DNA from: Nemertoderma westbladi
Lineage: Eukaryota > Animalia > Xenacoelomorpha
DNA: 64,000 bases
Assembly (NCBI GenBank): GCA_032718475.1
Contig: JAUCBJ010001185.1
Location: 10,315-74,314, forward strand
Direction of reading: 5' to 3'
Below, piece by piece: positions 36,052 through 49,320 of the stretch (the first letter of the stretch is position 1; every line of letters begins with the position of its first letter). Under the pieces are notes generated by a model. It was not told where the DNA came from. It saw only the letters and a list, made by a program, of their open reading frames with translations, and made no database searches. Made by a program: the position numbers and the translations under genes.

Positions 36052-36833
36052 ACACACGCAGTACCAGTGATGGTGAGCCCTGTTGGTACCACGCAGTGGA
36101 GAGTCGTGACCCACACGCAGTACCAGTGATAGTGAGCCCTGTTGGTACCACGCAGTGGAGAGTCGTGACCCACACGCAGTACCAGTGATGGTGAGCCCTG
36201 TTGGTACCACGCAGTGGAGAGTCGTGACCCACACGCAGTACCAGTGATGGTGAGCCCTGTTGGTACCACGCAGTGGAGAGTCGTGACCCACACGCAGTAC
36301 CAGTGATGGTGAGCCCTGTTGGTACCACGCAGTGGAGAGTTGTGACCCACACGCAGTACCAGTGATGGTGAGCACTGTTGGTACCACGCAGTGGAGAGTC
36401 GTGACCCACACGCAGTACCAGTGATGGTGAGCCCTGTTGGTACCACGCAGTGGAGAGTCGTGACCCACACGCAGTACCAGTGATGGTGAGCCATGTTGGT
36501 ACCACGCAGTGGAGAGTCGTGACCCACACGCAGTACCAGTTATGGTGGTGAGCCCTGTTGGTACCACGCAGTGGAGAGTCGTGACCCACACGCAGTACCA
36601 GTGATGGTGAGCCCTGTTGGTACCACGCAGTGGAGAGTCGTGACCCACACGCAGTACCAGTGATGGTGGTGAGCCCTGTTGGTACCACGCAGTGGAGAGT
36701 CGTGACCCACACGCAGTACCAGTGATGGTGAGCCCTGTTGGTACCACGCAGTGGAGAGTCGTGACCCACACGCAGTACCAGTGATGGTGAGCCCTGTTGG
36801 TACCACGCAGTGGAGAGTCGTGACCCACACGCA
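36052..36833. repeat. 59-bp tandem minisatellite, about 13 copies
   Basis: Unit GTACCAGTGATGGTGAGCCCTGTTGGTACCACGCAGTGGAGAGTCGTGACCCACACGCA. Confidence 0.97.
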
Positions 36834-37516
36834 ACCAAATCGAGAAAAGGCAAACGGCCGTGGTCCCTCTATATTAACTTGAGATTGTGGTAGAGAGCAT
36901 TGGCGTCGGTTGGGTTGTTACTGAAAACGTCATCGATGTACCTGTCCTAAAGTTAGGAAGTCATTTATCGACTAAAAATAACCAACAGGAAAACAACTCA
37001 AATATTCAGTTTCAACTAAATTAGGAATTATCACTAAGATATTTTAATTAACACTAAAATCTGTTAATTATCACTAAATAAGGGAAATAAGCAGCTTACA
37101 TTGACACGTTATTCTAACCAAAACAGTAACCGAAATTCAATATGAACAAGTTCTATTTTGGATGATAAAAAACATTTTATTGTTGCTTAATTAAATATAT
37201 TATATTGAAAAAACCTTAGAGACAATAAAATTACCGCGCTAAAGTTATAGTTAGATTCAGCAGAATGGATTAGGTCTATTTCTTCCTCCACTGCGTGCCT
37301 CGCCCCAGATTATCCGTAATCCCGGAAGTCTAAAGTAAACCGCAGAGTTTATTTACAGATATCGTCATAATTTTAATGTAAATATAATACCGACATAACT
37401 GCAGATCATAATTTCTATGATATTGTCTTAAACTCAGAAGTTTTTACTCTCGAATAACATTATTGGTAAATCCGGCAACACAAAATGTGAAATAAACTAA
37501 ATGATGAGTTGTTCGA

Positions 37517-39918
37517 TTAAGTTGACGCGGGTTGTACCATAACGACTGTTATTGGTTGCATCCTCACCGTATGGTGGTTGAACATGTGATGGAACTGTCT
37601 GGCCGCCCCGCTGGTGTGGAACGTAACCAAGGCCTTGCACTGTTCCCGCATAAGTTTCACGGCTTTGGGCTGGGCCACCGATTCGCACAGATCCCGTATA
37701 TCTTGGGAGGCGACGGCCTCCGCAAGGTTCTGGATTAATATCATGTTGGTGTCGGTGTTTAGGGGCACGGCTTTGAGTAAAACCTTTTTGGGAACTTTGG
37801 ACTTCTTTGCTGCGGGTTGCGTTGCTGGCGGCTGGGTTGGCGGCGCTTTCTTTGGAACATTAGCTAATGTTTGTGGAGATTTCGCGTCGTTAACGAGTAG
37901 AGCCTTGGAGGCCCGGCTAAGAATTAAACTCTGTCGCACCGAATCATTATCCGCTGCGAATCTCATCGCGCGCAGAGTCTTTTTGTCCAGCTGTTTTGGG
38001 TCGACAACCTTCTGCGGCTCGGTCGCCAACTGCTCACCAACAGGAGTCGACTCTCGATTTCTGCCACCCCGCCTGTTCGTCGCTTTCGATTTTGCACCGC
38101 CTTTGTAATCCGGGGCAGCAACTGCGTTGTTAATGGTTACCTTGGTCGGGGTAACGACGCGCTCATTTATCGGTTTGCTTTCGCTCGCACCCTTAATCTG
38201 ACTGGCCTGCTCCAATCTGCGTCTCTCCTTGCGCTTCTCTATTGCGACTCGCATCATGTTCTGCTCTTCCAGCTGCAGTTGGCGTATCTTCTCCGCCTCT
38301 GTGAGGGCCTGGGTTGGGGTTGCGCTGCGGGGGTTTCTGGTTTCTCCGGCGACGGGCGTTTCTCTCGCCTCCCAGGGCTCCTCTCCTTTCTCGGCCTATC
38401 GCTTTTCTTCTCGGTCGCCCCCCTGGGGGCCCCCCTGTCCCGGGGGCGGTCCCAGGCGGGTCGTCGTTGGCGCTGTCTGTCTCGTCGATCCCTGGGCGGC
38501 GGGGAGGGGGAATAATAGTTGCCCCATCGTCTTTTCTCCCTACTGCGACGTGCAGGTGGGGGCGACCAGTACCGATGCGGGGACGCCCCCCTGCTAGGGG
38601 GACTCCGCTCCCTCGCCCATCGCTCAGTTGGGAAAGGGGGCGCCGAGGGGGTGGATGTTGTCACGGAATCGGTGTAGCTGGGGGGTGGCCCGTACGACAT
38701 GGGGATGTCAGTGTCGGGAGGCGGCCGGGAGAAATCGATAGACGATGAGATGGGAGGGGGCGGCGGGGGGATCGACATGCCCCCCATATCCCCCGGGTCC
38801 CCGCACCCAGGAGGGGGGCCGCGGAAGTTAGGGTTGATGTGAATCCGAGGGGGCGGGAAGGTCCCCGGGGGTTGGGGGTGGTCCCTGGGGTCGGGGTGGA
38901 GGAACCCGTGGAACCGTGGTGGAGGGTGCATGGAGAGCAGCGACGGGAGCGGGGCGTCGTGGCGGAGCGGGGGATCGTGTCGGAACGGAGGAGGGACCAT
39001 GGGGGGCGGGACCAGAGACCGCGGGAGCTGTTGCTTCACCCCGGGGACCAATCGGATGGAAGGGTAGGGACACCGACTCGAGTAGCTCATAGGCCGGTTG
39101 TATCCGAGGCGTTTGTTTCTATCGAAGGAGCTAATGGATTTCTCGATCTCGGCGGTTACTGGCAGCCGATCTGGGATTCCCTTCTTCACATTGTTCGAGT
39201 TGGGCGCCCCGCCAATTCGCTCGTTTTTAAACCGCGAACTTCTCTTGAGATAGGCCTCGTCTTCATCGTCGTCTTCGCTTCCCTGAGACGTCGAGATACT
39301 CGGGGAGTTGAAGCTCGAACGGCTACTCTCATCCACTGGGGGTCGCTTGGGTGGACTGTCATCGTGTGTAGAGCTACTAATGGGCGCCTTAGTTATAGTT
39401 TGAGTTTTAGTTTCACTACTACTTTCACTTTTCCTTGGTGGTGGTGGATTGACTTCCGATATTGCAACTGACTTTAACTTCTTCGTTTGAGGTTTACCAT
39501 CCCACTCGTCCTTGGCACTATGAGCCAATGGCGCCACCACGGCTATATTACCCCGGTCATCTATGGCATCATTACCAGATTTAACAGGATCGCGATCGGG
39601 TTTTGGTAAACACCTCGGTTGGGGGGCAGTCCCTGACGGTCTCAGTGGACTAGAATCATCGAAAATATTATCGGGAACTTCAATGCTTAATAAGCTACAT
39701 TGACTCGGCTGAGAGTCCATGCTGACGTTAATATCGACTTTACTACTCTGACCCACATGATCCTCCGTGGATTTGGAGTTGTCGACAATTTCGTCCTCGC
39801 TTTCGTCATCTTCGTCGCTTCCAATCCCCAACAATTCATCTTCATCGATGCCGTCTAAATCGATATCATTGTCGCCATTGTCTGCGCGATCGTTCATTAA
39901 GTCATCTTCAGCAGACAT
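37517..39918 (-). CDS. RBM33: RBM33-like RNA-binding protein, apparently one coding exon, with one -1 frame change near 38330
   Basis: Acidic N-terminus (DIDLDGIDEDELLG), RFKNER, Pro-rich region with IHINPNFRG, coiled coil LEEQNMMRVAIEKRKERRR, C-terminal RRM-like domain (ILIQNL...ALVTF...FHHMFNH). Acceptor CAG|G-ATG before MSAEDD at 39918. Family assigned from recalled motifs. Confidence 0.78.
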
Positions 39919-41504
39919 CCTGTTTCTAAGTTTACAACCTTTAATCGAATCGTGGAATAGGTGCGTTTCACTGCCCGAGTTTGTAGAAGTAATCAGCCAC
40001 ACCCCTCCTAATGTACTATTGCTTTACTGATGATATAATTATATATATATAAACCGGAAATTAAAAATACGATTTAAACGATTCATTGAATGTATATCAC
40101 AAGAAAAATTTTACTTTATTCATGTACACTAAGTTATAATAACATTTCGAAAAAGCACATTTATTGAAAAATTAATTGTCCGAAAACAATAATTAAATTA
40201 AATATTTTATGGAGAATGAGTCAAAAAGCTATACCGGTACCGGCCAACTTAAATATACTACATCATGGTCTACATAATGTTAAATGGTCTGAAGAAATTT
40301 ATCGTAATGATACATATGCACATCAACATACAAGCAAAATTATAACTTAACACCGACTCGACAAGAGTGAACAATGATCACGTTATTAAAAATCGTGAAT
40401 GTTCATTGCAACCCCCCAACCCCACATATGTAAATAATGCAATAATGTTTTAACTCAATCCAGTTTGGGGCCTCTGATTTTTTCCCTTAGGCTACCATTG
40501 ATGTAGGCTGAGGCTACATACTTGATTCCATTTATGCTACCTCAACCCTGCGCCCGCAACCTCAAATCCAGGTATCAGGCCCAGGGCCATGTATGTAACA
40601 CAGGTCATACGCCATAAGGCAGTAAGGAAGGTAATGCTAATGTTAAGGTAATGAGGCCCCTAAACTGCTAAAAATATAATATTCACAATAACTGAATACT
40701 TTTAAAATACAACAACAAATAAATATGCAGGCATGTGCGTACATTATTGTCAGTAGCATATCACATGTTTATGTAATAATTGTCATTAAGGCAATTTATG
40801 TAAAATCAAAGAGCAAACTCATACAGAGTTAAATTTCTCTTTCAAAATAATAACAATTAGGTACCATGCGTAATATCTGTATACCGATTAGCAGGTGCCA
40901 GGTACAGAGGTATCGGTATATATATATACATTATACAGATATATATAATCTATATATATATATATATAAGTAAATGTTATCGTTATTGTTATTGATGATT
41001 TAATAGTTTAGGGCATAAGAACAGAATATAGGAAGAAGCTCAATACTTGTACTTATGGAAAACGTAGGCTACGCTGTACTGCTGTACACACCAAAATAAA
41101 GTTCAAACTGAAAGTAATTTATAGTAGTACCGGCTGACCGGTATAGCGGTGCGGTATATACCAGTGCGGTAAGTAGGCCCTATATATGTACATAGCGGTA
41201 TATAAGTAAGTATAGCCGTATAGCGAAGCGACCATATTTATAAAATAATGATAAAAACAAAAATTATGTTATCTGATTATGGATTATGGGGCCTATAATA
41301 TGTAATACAAATGCTAAAATGAAACACATAAAGACAATTGTCAGATTGTTGCTGGGCTAATTAAATACCCTGATACCCGGTACTGACTGACTGACAGACT
41401 GATAGCTAAAAATAAATAAAAAGGATTTCTAATAAAATTAGTTACCGGTACCTACCTACCGGTAAATACAACTGCGAACATGTTAAAACAATAGGCATTA
41501 AATG

Positions 41505-41850
41505 ACAGTCCATAAAATCACGAATATACACCAAAAATTATCTACAAAAGCAGATAAGTCTATAAAATCAAAAATCACTAATATTGTAATATAGGCCTAT
41601 ACTGCTATAGGCCTACTGATATATACATACACAAGTCTGCAAGTCCATAAAATCACGAATATACACCAAAAATTATCGACATAAGCAGATAAAGTCTATA
41701 AAATCACTAATATATAGGCCTACAGCAGTAACTGATAAATACATACACAAGCTGACAAGTCCATAAAATCACGAATATACGCCAAAAATTATCTACATAA
41801 GCAGATAAGTCTATAAACAGACAGACAGACAGATAAAATCACTAATAGGC
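41505..41850. repeat. About 120-135 bp imperfect tandem repeat x3
   Basis: AGTCCATAAAATCACGAATATAC.CCAAAAATTATC at about 41508, 41642 and 41758. Confidence 0.85.
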
Positions 41851-42927
41851 CTATATCAGTAGGCCTATATCAGTATATGATATATCTGTATACTGGTATA
41901 TCCGGTCTGCTGGTACTGATATATACATACATACACACACAGTACTGCAGTAAACGGTACCGGCTGACCGATAAAACGGGGGGGATGACTTCCATCGAGT
42001 ACCCGTAATTAAATTATAGGCCTATACCAGCCAGCCAGCAGACCGGTACCGGACCGGTACAGTATAACCAGATAACGGCATATATCGGTCCATTTAAAAT
42101 ATGTCAGTACAGCAGTACAGCAGTATGTTTTGAATGTTGATGTCGAGTCGATGTCGAATGAAGTAAGAAAAAAACAGAAACGAATGTGGTAAAAATAAGA
42201 TAAAATATATTGCATAACAAAAAACTGAAGAACTTATCGCACGCACAATGGACTCGACTCTTTATTTTATTAATTTAATTTACAATACCTGAATACCGGT
42301 ACCTCGATTCGGTCCATAATCTGTAGAAGTACCGGCACCCTAGGCCTATCAATCGACACGACATAGACTGATCAGCTGATTGTGGACCGGACCTCTATAC
42401 TACTGTACTACCTGACTTCTGGACTACAGTACTACTGCACTACTGTACTATACTCCAGTATGTCAGTATGTTCTCATTCCTGGAATAGGCTACAGCTATA
42501 CATTCAACATTTTAGACTGCTTTTGTTTCCGGCAGACAGTCACACTCTCCAGAAATTTACAATATAGGACTACAGGTGACAGGCAGACAGGCTGCTAGAT
42601 ATACCTCACTACTCTGCTACTGTTATCTGTTACCGCTACCGCTACCGGTACCGCAGTCAGTACCGTACTCGTACATCCTTATTTATGGGTTACCATAATA
42701 TACTAGTAGGCCTATACCGGTATAGTGTTGTAGCGTAGGCATACAGCAACGGCAGAGACAGTACAGCAGCGGATACATATGACCGAACGTAATCAGGATC
42801 GAATGTAACATAGTTAATAGTTATTACGTATCGAATGTAACCGCAATTATGTTACATTGGATCCTATAACTATGTTACATTCGATCTACAAAATTACTAA
42901 GCTCGCGAATGTAACATTGCCATTTAC

Positions 42928-43208
42928 AGATTTAAAGGAGCAAGTTACAGAGGCGTGTTGGGGGAACCAAAACAATAAACGAAAGTTAACACATGTTACA
43001 AGATTATGCAGGTTACTTTTATTTAAAGGCTGAAAGGAGCAGGTTACAGAGGCGTGTTGGGGGAACCAAAACAATAAACGAAAGTTAACACATGTTACAA
43101 GATTATGCAGGTTACTTTTATTTAAAGGAGCAGGTTACAGAGGCGTGTTGGGGGAACCAAAACAATAAGCGAAAGTTAACACATGTTACAAGATTATGCA
43201 GGTTACTT
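42928..43208. repeat. About 85-95 bp tandem repeat x3
   Basis: GTTACAGAGGCGTGTTGGGGGAACCAAAACAATAA repeated three times. Confidence 0.9.
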
Positions 43209-43360
43209 AATTGGGTCTTTGGTCATTGTTTTGTACTCACCAAACTCTGTAAATAAACGAAGTATTTCATCGGTTAACTCCTGAAATCAAAACACAACTG
43301 AAATAAATGTATGTTACATTCGGGCTTAGTAACTTGTTATCTAGTCGTAATCTAATCTTA

Positions 43361-43739
43361 ATGAAAAATCTGAAATTAATTGGCCACAATCTGCCACTGT
43401 ATGTATGTATTAAATAAGATAACACATGACTTTTTACAAGTTATGACACATACTGTTGAGTGCTGGCTGACCCATGCTGCTGTAGGGTGACAGACCGAAC
43501 GTAATCAGGGTCGAATGTAACATAGTTATAGGAACCATTGTAACATAATTGAGGTTACGTTCGATTTCCGAATAACTATGTTACATTCGATCCTGATTAC
43601 GTTCGGTCTGTCACCCTACAGCAGCATGGGTCAGCACTCAGCAGTATGTGTCATAACTTGTAAAAAGTCATGTGATATCTTATTTAATACATACATACAG
43701 TGGCTGATTGTGGCCAGATTAAGTTCAGATTTTTCATTG
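43361..43739. repeat. About 380-bp inverted repeat (arms about 170 bp)
   Basis: About 43361-43529 is the reverse complement of about 43572-43739 with few mismatches. Confidence 0.9.
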
Positions 43740-44045
43740 TCACCCGACCCGGGTGACAATTAATTTATATCACCCGGATGACAATTATTTATCACCCGGG
43801 TGACAATTAGTTATCACCCGGGTGATAATTATTTATCATCCTCGTGACAATTATTTATCACCCGACTAACATAATTATTTGTCACCCGGGTGACAAATGT
43901 TTTTCAGCACGCAGTGATCTTTATCCCTATGTTGTCATTATAATGGAAACATGTACCTTTTGTTAATTTCAAACAGTAAATTTATTACTAAAATATATAG
44001 AAGCAATAGTAATTGTCTTAACATTATCTTAACATCTTGGGCATC

Positions 44046-46801
44046 TGTGTAAAAGCTTTTGCGGATGTAACAAGCTATTTTTCTCCGCAATATACCGAGT
44101 AGGTATTTTAGCGGACATAACAAGCGATTTTGCCCGCTATGTCTGCATGTGTGCTTTAGCGGACATAAAAAGCCATTTTTCTCCGCAATAAGCTCAAATA
44201 CTCTAAACATCGGAACTCAGATGACGACATCTATCAGCTGTGTCCACGTGTAACTTTTTCTTTGTTCTTTGTTCGTTCTTTGTTCTGTCGACCAATCAGA
44301 GCGGTTTTCACTCTGTGTTGGACATTGTATACAGAAACTCACGCAATTCAGTCAGTGTGTATTTTCTATTAAGTATATTAGTGTGCGTGAATCTCCAATA
44401 TATAGTCAATAGCCAATAAAATTCATAAAATCATGTATAAAGAGGAATATTGACAATTAAAGAATTACTATTAAATAGCATCCCAGATCTGTATGCATGA
44501 GAATTACCCTAATTCTACTGCTAGCTTTCCATAATGTCACCATGGCAACAACCACGCTAGAATTAGAAGTGAGTTAAAAGAACAATAAAGGCTTGCCCCA
44601 TTGAATAGCATAAGGAATAAATAGCATACTGCTAGTATCCCAGGATACCCAATAATAACGTGGCATTCTGGAAGGCACTTGACTAACGGACAAATGGCCC
44701 GAATGTGTGCGGTTTGTGACAGTTGTGTGGAATTTGTGTGTTTATAGGTGAATGTTACTACTAAAGTGTGTTTACAGTAGCGAGTCGCAATTGTGAAAGT
44801 AGCCCTAACTCTCCAGTAAGAACCTGAAGTAAATCTAAGCCTTTGGGATGGACGGTGGAGTGACTCGCGCTGGTTGTTGTGGTCGTTGTGCAGCTACTAC
44901 GTTGGCGATAGGCACATCGGCGAAAGTACACCAGCGCTGAGGATCTTGCGCTGTCCGGGGGCCGAGAGGGGTAGGCAGCGACGCCCGCTAGCCTAATTAT
45001 AACTAATTATAATATTGATAAACTCATATAGCAGCTATGACTGAGTTGATAGAAGATGATCTTGGTATCAGGGAGAAATATACTCTACCGTTGCAAGCGT
45101 TTGTTGATAGCTTGATACACAGCGATGCTAGTCCAACTACTACGGAGGACGATGGTCGTTATATCGAACCGCCGATTTCCCAGGAGCAACTTACGCGTGA
45201 ATTGGACTATCGAAAATTCACTGCTCGCTATACGCATCGTAATGGTACGCATATGGACTTCTTAACTACTGGTCATCCTATCGATCTACACGATACGGAC
45301 GATGTCGACACTGAAAGGGAAATGGTACTATTTAAATATCCTACCCAGCGGAGTCGGAACGATAAACTGAAAATAGAATTTTAAACCGAAAATTCTATTC
45401 AAAATCGAATCGAAAGAGAAGACGTTAAAGAACCGGATAAACGCGGTAACTCCAACATATATTTGGAATTCTTGAGAGAAACATTGTAAAACCGAATAAA
45501 TATCACCCGCGTTTCCCCTACAAGACGTGCGTCTTTGGTATTATTGCGATGAATGCCCAAGACCCAACCAACAAACGGAAAGACATAAACATCCGTAGAG
45601 ACATTGCTTTAAACACGGTTTTACTCGCTATATTTGCGGGAGTTTCGAGCGAAGCTTGTTCGATGTATCACCTACGCTCATTCGATTCAAACGATCCTTA
45701 AATAAACCTATGATCAGAGTTCCGGAATACTCGGTCAGACCTCCTCATTCCCTAGTTAGACTTCAGACTCTTGATCCTAATAGTATCACGGATCCTCCCG
45801 AACTGTACTCACTGTTCAAAGATCTAGTGTTACCCGAACAGTTAGTCGGTGGCACTCCGGTTGTGGGCTCCCTAAATATTCGCCCATCTTACCTAGCCGG
45901 ATTGGGACGCGGACATCTAATATCGTCATTCAACCGTATCATCGTCCCGGTTTAACCCGATACAACCTATCACCAAGGCGGAGGAGAGAGTTGTACCAAA
46001 CGTGTTGGACACTATTCGTCAAAAGATCGGAAAAGGAACCTATAATTGTTTAGAGAAACGTAAATTGCAGCAGCAAGTCAAAGCGGTAAACGAATTAGCT
46101 TTATCTCAGTTCGATCAGGAAATCCAGAATCTCTAAGAAGATATCGAACTTGGACGACCCTATTCTCTGTAAGAGTTTTTGGACGAACGCATCCAACGAT
46201 AAGCGGAGGAAAATCAGCTCGAGGAGAAGCATATCGAAATGGACGAGACATCGACCATAACCCTAAACCTTCCGATGCAATTGTATTGCACCCTTTACCC
46301 AGGAGTTTTAGCCCTCCTAGTAAAGTGGCTCGCCCCAAAGAGAAAAGGACTCTTGCTAGCCTCAAAAAACTGCATAAACGCCGTCCGCGCAAGAAAGACT
46401 AACTGTTTAGAGTATTTTTATATTTTAGAAACTGTGATTTTGTATATTTTATAGACTCAAATCCCATTTTCTGGGAGCGGTGTGTAAAAGCTTTTGCGGA
46501 TGTAACAAGCTATTTTTCTCCGCAATATACTGAGTAGGTATTTTAGCGGACATAACATGCGATTTTGCCCGCTATGTCTGCATGTGTGCTTTAGCGGACA
46601 TAAAAAGCCATTTTTCTCCGCAATAAGCTCAAATACTCTAAACATCGGAACTCAGGTGACGACCTCTATCAGCTGTGTCCACGTGTAACTTTTTCTTTGT
46701 TCTTTGTTCGTTCTTTGTTCGGTCGACCAATCAGAGCGGTTTTCACTCTGTGTTGGACATTGTATACAGAAACTCACGCAATTCAGTCAGTGTGTATTTT
46801 C
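44046..46801. mobile_element. Unclassified segment bounded by about 320-bp direct repeats, with decayed ORFs inside
   Basis: About 44046-44366 and 46481-46801 are near-identical (TGTGTAAAAGCTTTTGCGG...CAGTGTGTATTTTC). Internal ORF fragments 45037-45384 and 45656-45955. No TSD or primer-binding site recognised. Confidence 0.5.
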
Positions 46802-47794
46802 CCTAAGCCCAGAACACCGGCTTTGGAATTATTCTGTGTTTCAGACTTTAGCCAAACATTAGTAGGCTTTGATCATAGAAACGTATAACTGTTATCAAAC
46901 TGGCAAACCAAAACATCATATTGTCATATTGTTACAAATCATATTGTCACCTACAAACACCGCATTATTTTACTGCTATTTACTGTCGGTTATTAATTGT
47001 ATCAGTTGATGGAATATTATTATATTTGGATAATATCGATAAATAATCATAAAACCCCAATCTTCTTGATATACTGAAGGTAAGAGACCGGTTACATATA
47101 GCAATTGCGATTTACATTATATTGGTTTTGGAGTGAATCTAATGCTATTTCATAGGCACTACATGTGTCGGTTGCTGTTCTCTTTATATGTGACTAAAAT
47201 TAGTGAAGGTCGGCAGATCGGTTTGCAGCATTGTGCGGTAGTGTGCATGATTGTGACAGATAACAAAGCATCTCCTAAAGCGCATTCTTTATACGTGAAT
47301 CAATAGCCATCCCGTTGTGTTTAGTGTAAGTCATAACTCTGTTTACATACTTAGAGCGCCACGTCCTAAAGGAACTGTTAATATTTCCCGAAAGTGAATA
47401 ATATTGGTCAGAGATTATATATATTAATGATCAATCGAATAATACAGTAGGCCTACATCGCAATAAGGTCAGAGCTTCCGAATCCATTCTCCCGGGTATA
47501 TCCAGCGGGTGAATGGTCGCGCATAGGCTGGCTTCGGCTAATGTAGTGTATCAAATACTCGTCATAGGCTAAAGTCGATTTATAACCTAGAAGACACCTA
47601 AATTTGGCAGGTTAAACTGCTAAAGTTCTGAAAGCGCGAACAATCTGGTTGGATAATACGATATTTTTGAGTGTCATATTCGTGATCAGCATCTCTGAAA
47701 TACCATAATGTCATAAAATCAGGTTGATTTGGTAATGATTTTTGATTATCAGATTTGTGCTACTTGTTTGTAATTTCAAATTAAAAAATTATCC

Positions 47795-49090
47795 CTAGTA
47801 ACATCAGTTCAGGAGGTCAGGTCCCCAGGTCCTGCTACCACTATGGCAGTATTGTGGTACTACCTGTAGCTGTCAGCCCAGTAGGGCAGGCCCGATAAGC
47901 ATAGCCTATTCATTATTTAGTTGATCAAGAGTGGGTTGGTTTAGCCCCGTCAACTAAATAAGTCATTGAGGGCTATAGCGCCTAGGGCACCATTGAAGGC
48001 AAAGGCTTGATACGCATCTGCATTAGAGATGATACACGCCCCGCCCTGTCTATACTGGATGCTCCTCTACCAGTGTTAGGTAACCTAACCCAGGAGGCAC
48101 ACTTGGTTCAGGGTGTAACAAACGGACCCCTACAGTCGGCAGCAGGGCTGTAGGCCATGGATAGGCGGAAGGTAATCATCAACCAACGGCTAGACATGCT
48201 GACAAGGTCGGCGGAAGGTAATCAACCAACGGCGACCTACTGCGAAGACGGTTGTAGGAGTTACGACCACAAGCGGTTTACTCCAGCAACTGAAAGATAT
48301 GAGTATGAGAACCCTCCAGGAGAAATACCGGCTCGGTCGTCGCCCGGGTCAACAAGGACCGCTTCCCTCAGTGGTACACCAGGCTGGGGTCGATAAATTG
48401 GCTACTGGAACAGAAGACAGAGAAGAAAGAAGAACCAACCTGTTGAAATGTAAAAATACACTAAAGATTGCTACAATGAACGCACGCACGCTGAAAGCAC
48501 ATACCAAACAGGGTGACATGGTCGCTCTGGTAATGGAATATAACATCGACATCATCTGCATCCAAGAACATCGGATTTGTCATGAAGACACTGCCATGAA
48601 GTACAATGTTAAGAAAGATAGGTTCAACACTGGGGACTCCCCTTGTATCTAAAAAGATATTTGTTTCTTAACAATGTACCGAAATCCCCTTAAGTCGGCG
48701 TGTCGTTCTATTAAAACATTTGATGAAGTACAATGACATTGGAAATGGATGGACGTTAGTAACAAGCTCAGCAGTAAGAAACTCGGCCAATGCATCAATT
48801 GGTGGAGTAGGAATTCTGCTAAGCCCATTTGCACTTAAGACCCTAAACAACATCGAATCTATAAATTCCAGGGTTATGATCGCAACATTTGATGGGTATC
48901 CCAAGGCAACAGTTATATGTTGCTACAGTCCAACCAATGCCTCAGAGCCAGAACAAGCAGTCAAGTTTTATGAAGAACTGACTGGACTTATAAAGGACAT
49001 TCCGAACCACAATGTTAAAGTCATTGCTGGTGACCTGAATGCGCAAATTGGCCCAGTAGACATCAAGGGTTACACCTATAACCTAGCTAC
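47795..49090 (+). mobile_element. 5' part of an RTE-like LINE: structured 5' UTR and APE endonuclease
   Basis: IATMNARTL, DIICIQEHR, GGVGILLS, CCYSPT, AGDLNAQIG; interrupted by a short insert; truncated at about 49090. Confidence 0.88.
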
Positions 49091-49320
49091 TTCGATCCCC
49101 CCCCCCCCCCCCCCCCGGGTGTTTCCATAGTTCCTTATATATCATGCATTTAAGGTTTATGATTCTCCGCTTAAGTTTCCCCATAAGTGGTAACTAAATG
49201 AGTACTGGGGTTTCCTCTGGGGTGTACAGTTCTGGGGGGGACCACACTGGAAATAAATCGTCAGACTTTGTGCGTAATCCCTGTCCTAACGGCCGAAGAA
49301 AATTTACTTTACTTTTTTTT
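49090..49320 (+). mobile_element. 5'-truncated SINE-like repeat
   Basis: B-box remnant TTCGATCC, body similar to about 9545-9650, (TTTAC)n/T tail. Confidence 0.55.

Noticed and set aside
35969-36853. Long Cys/His-rich ORFs in all three minus frames
   Set aside because: Artefact of a stop-free 59-bp unit cycling through the frames; no splice or start context.
37532-40030. Plus-strand ORFs over the RBM33-like gene, and minus-strand ORFs over SET (13898-14566)
   Set aside because: Antisense shadows of GC-rich real coding sequence.
47450-47550. HDV-like ribozyme (CTACA ... CTTCGGCTAATGTAG)
   Set aside because: A P2 and J4/2-like match exists, but no P3/L3 (UCC.CG) or P1 could be placed.
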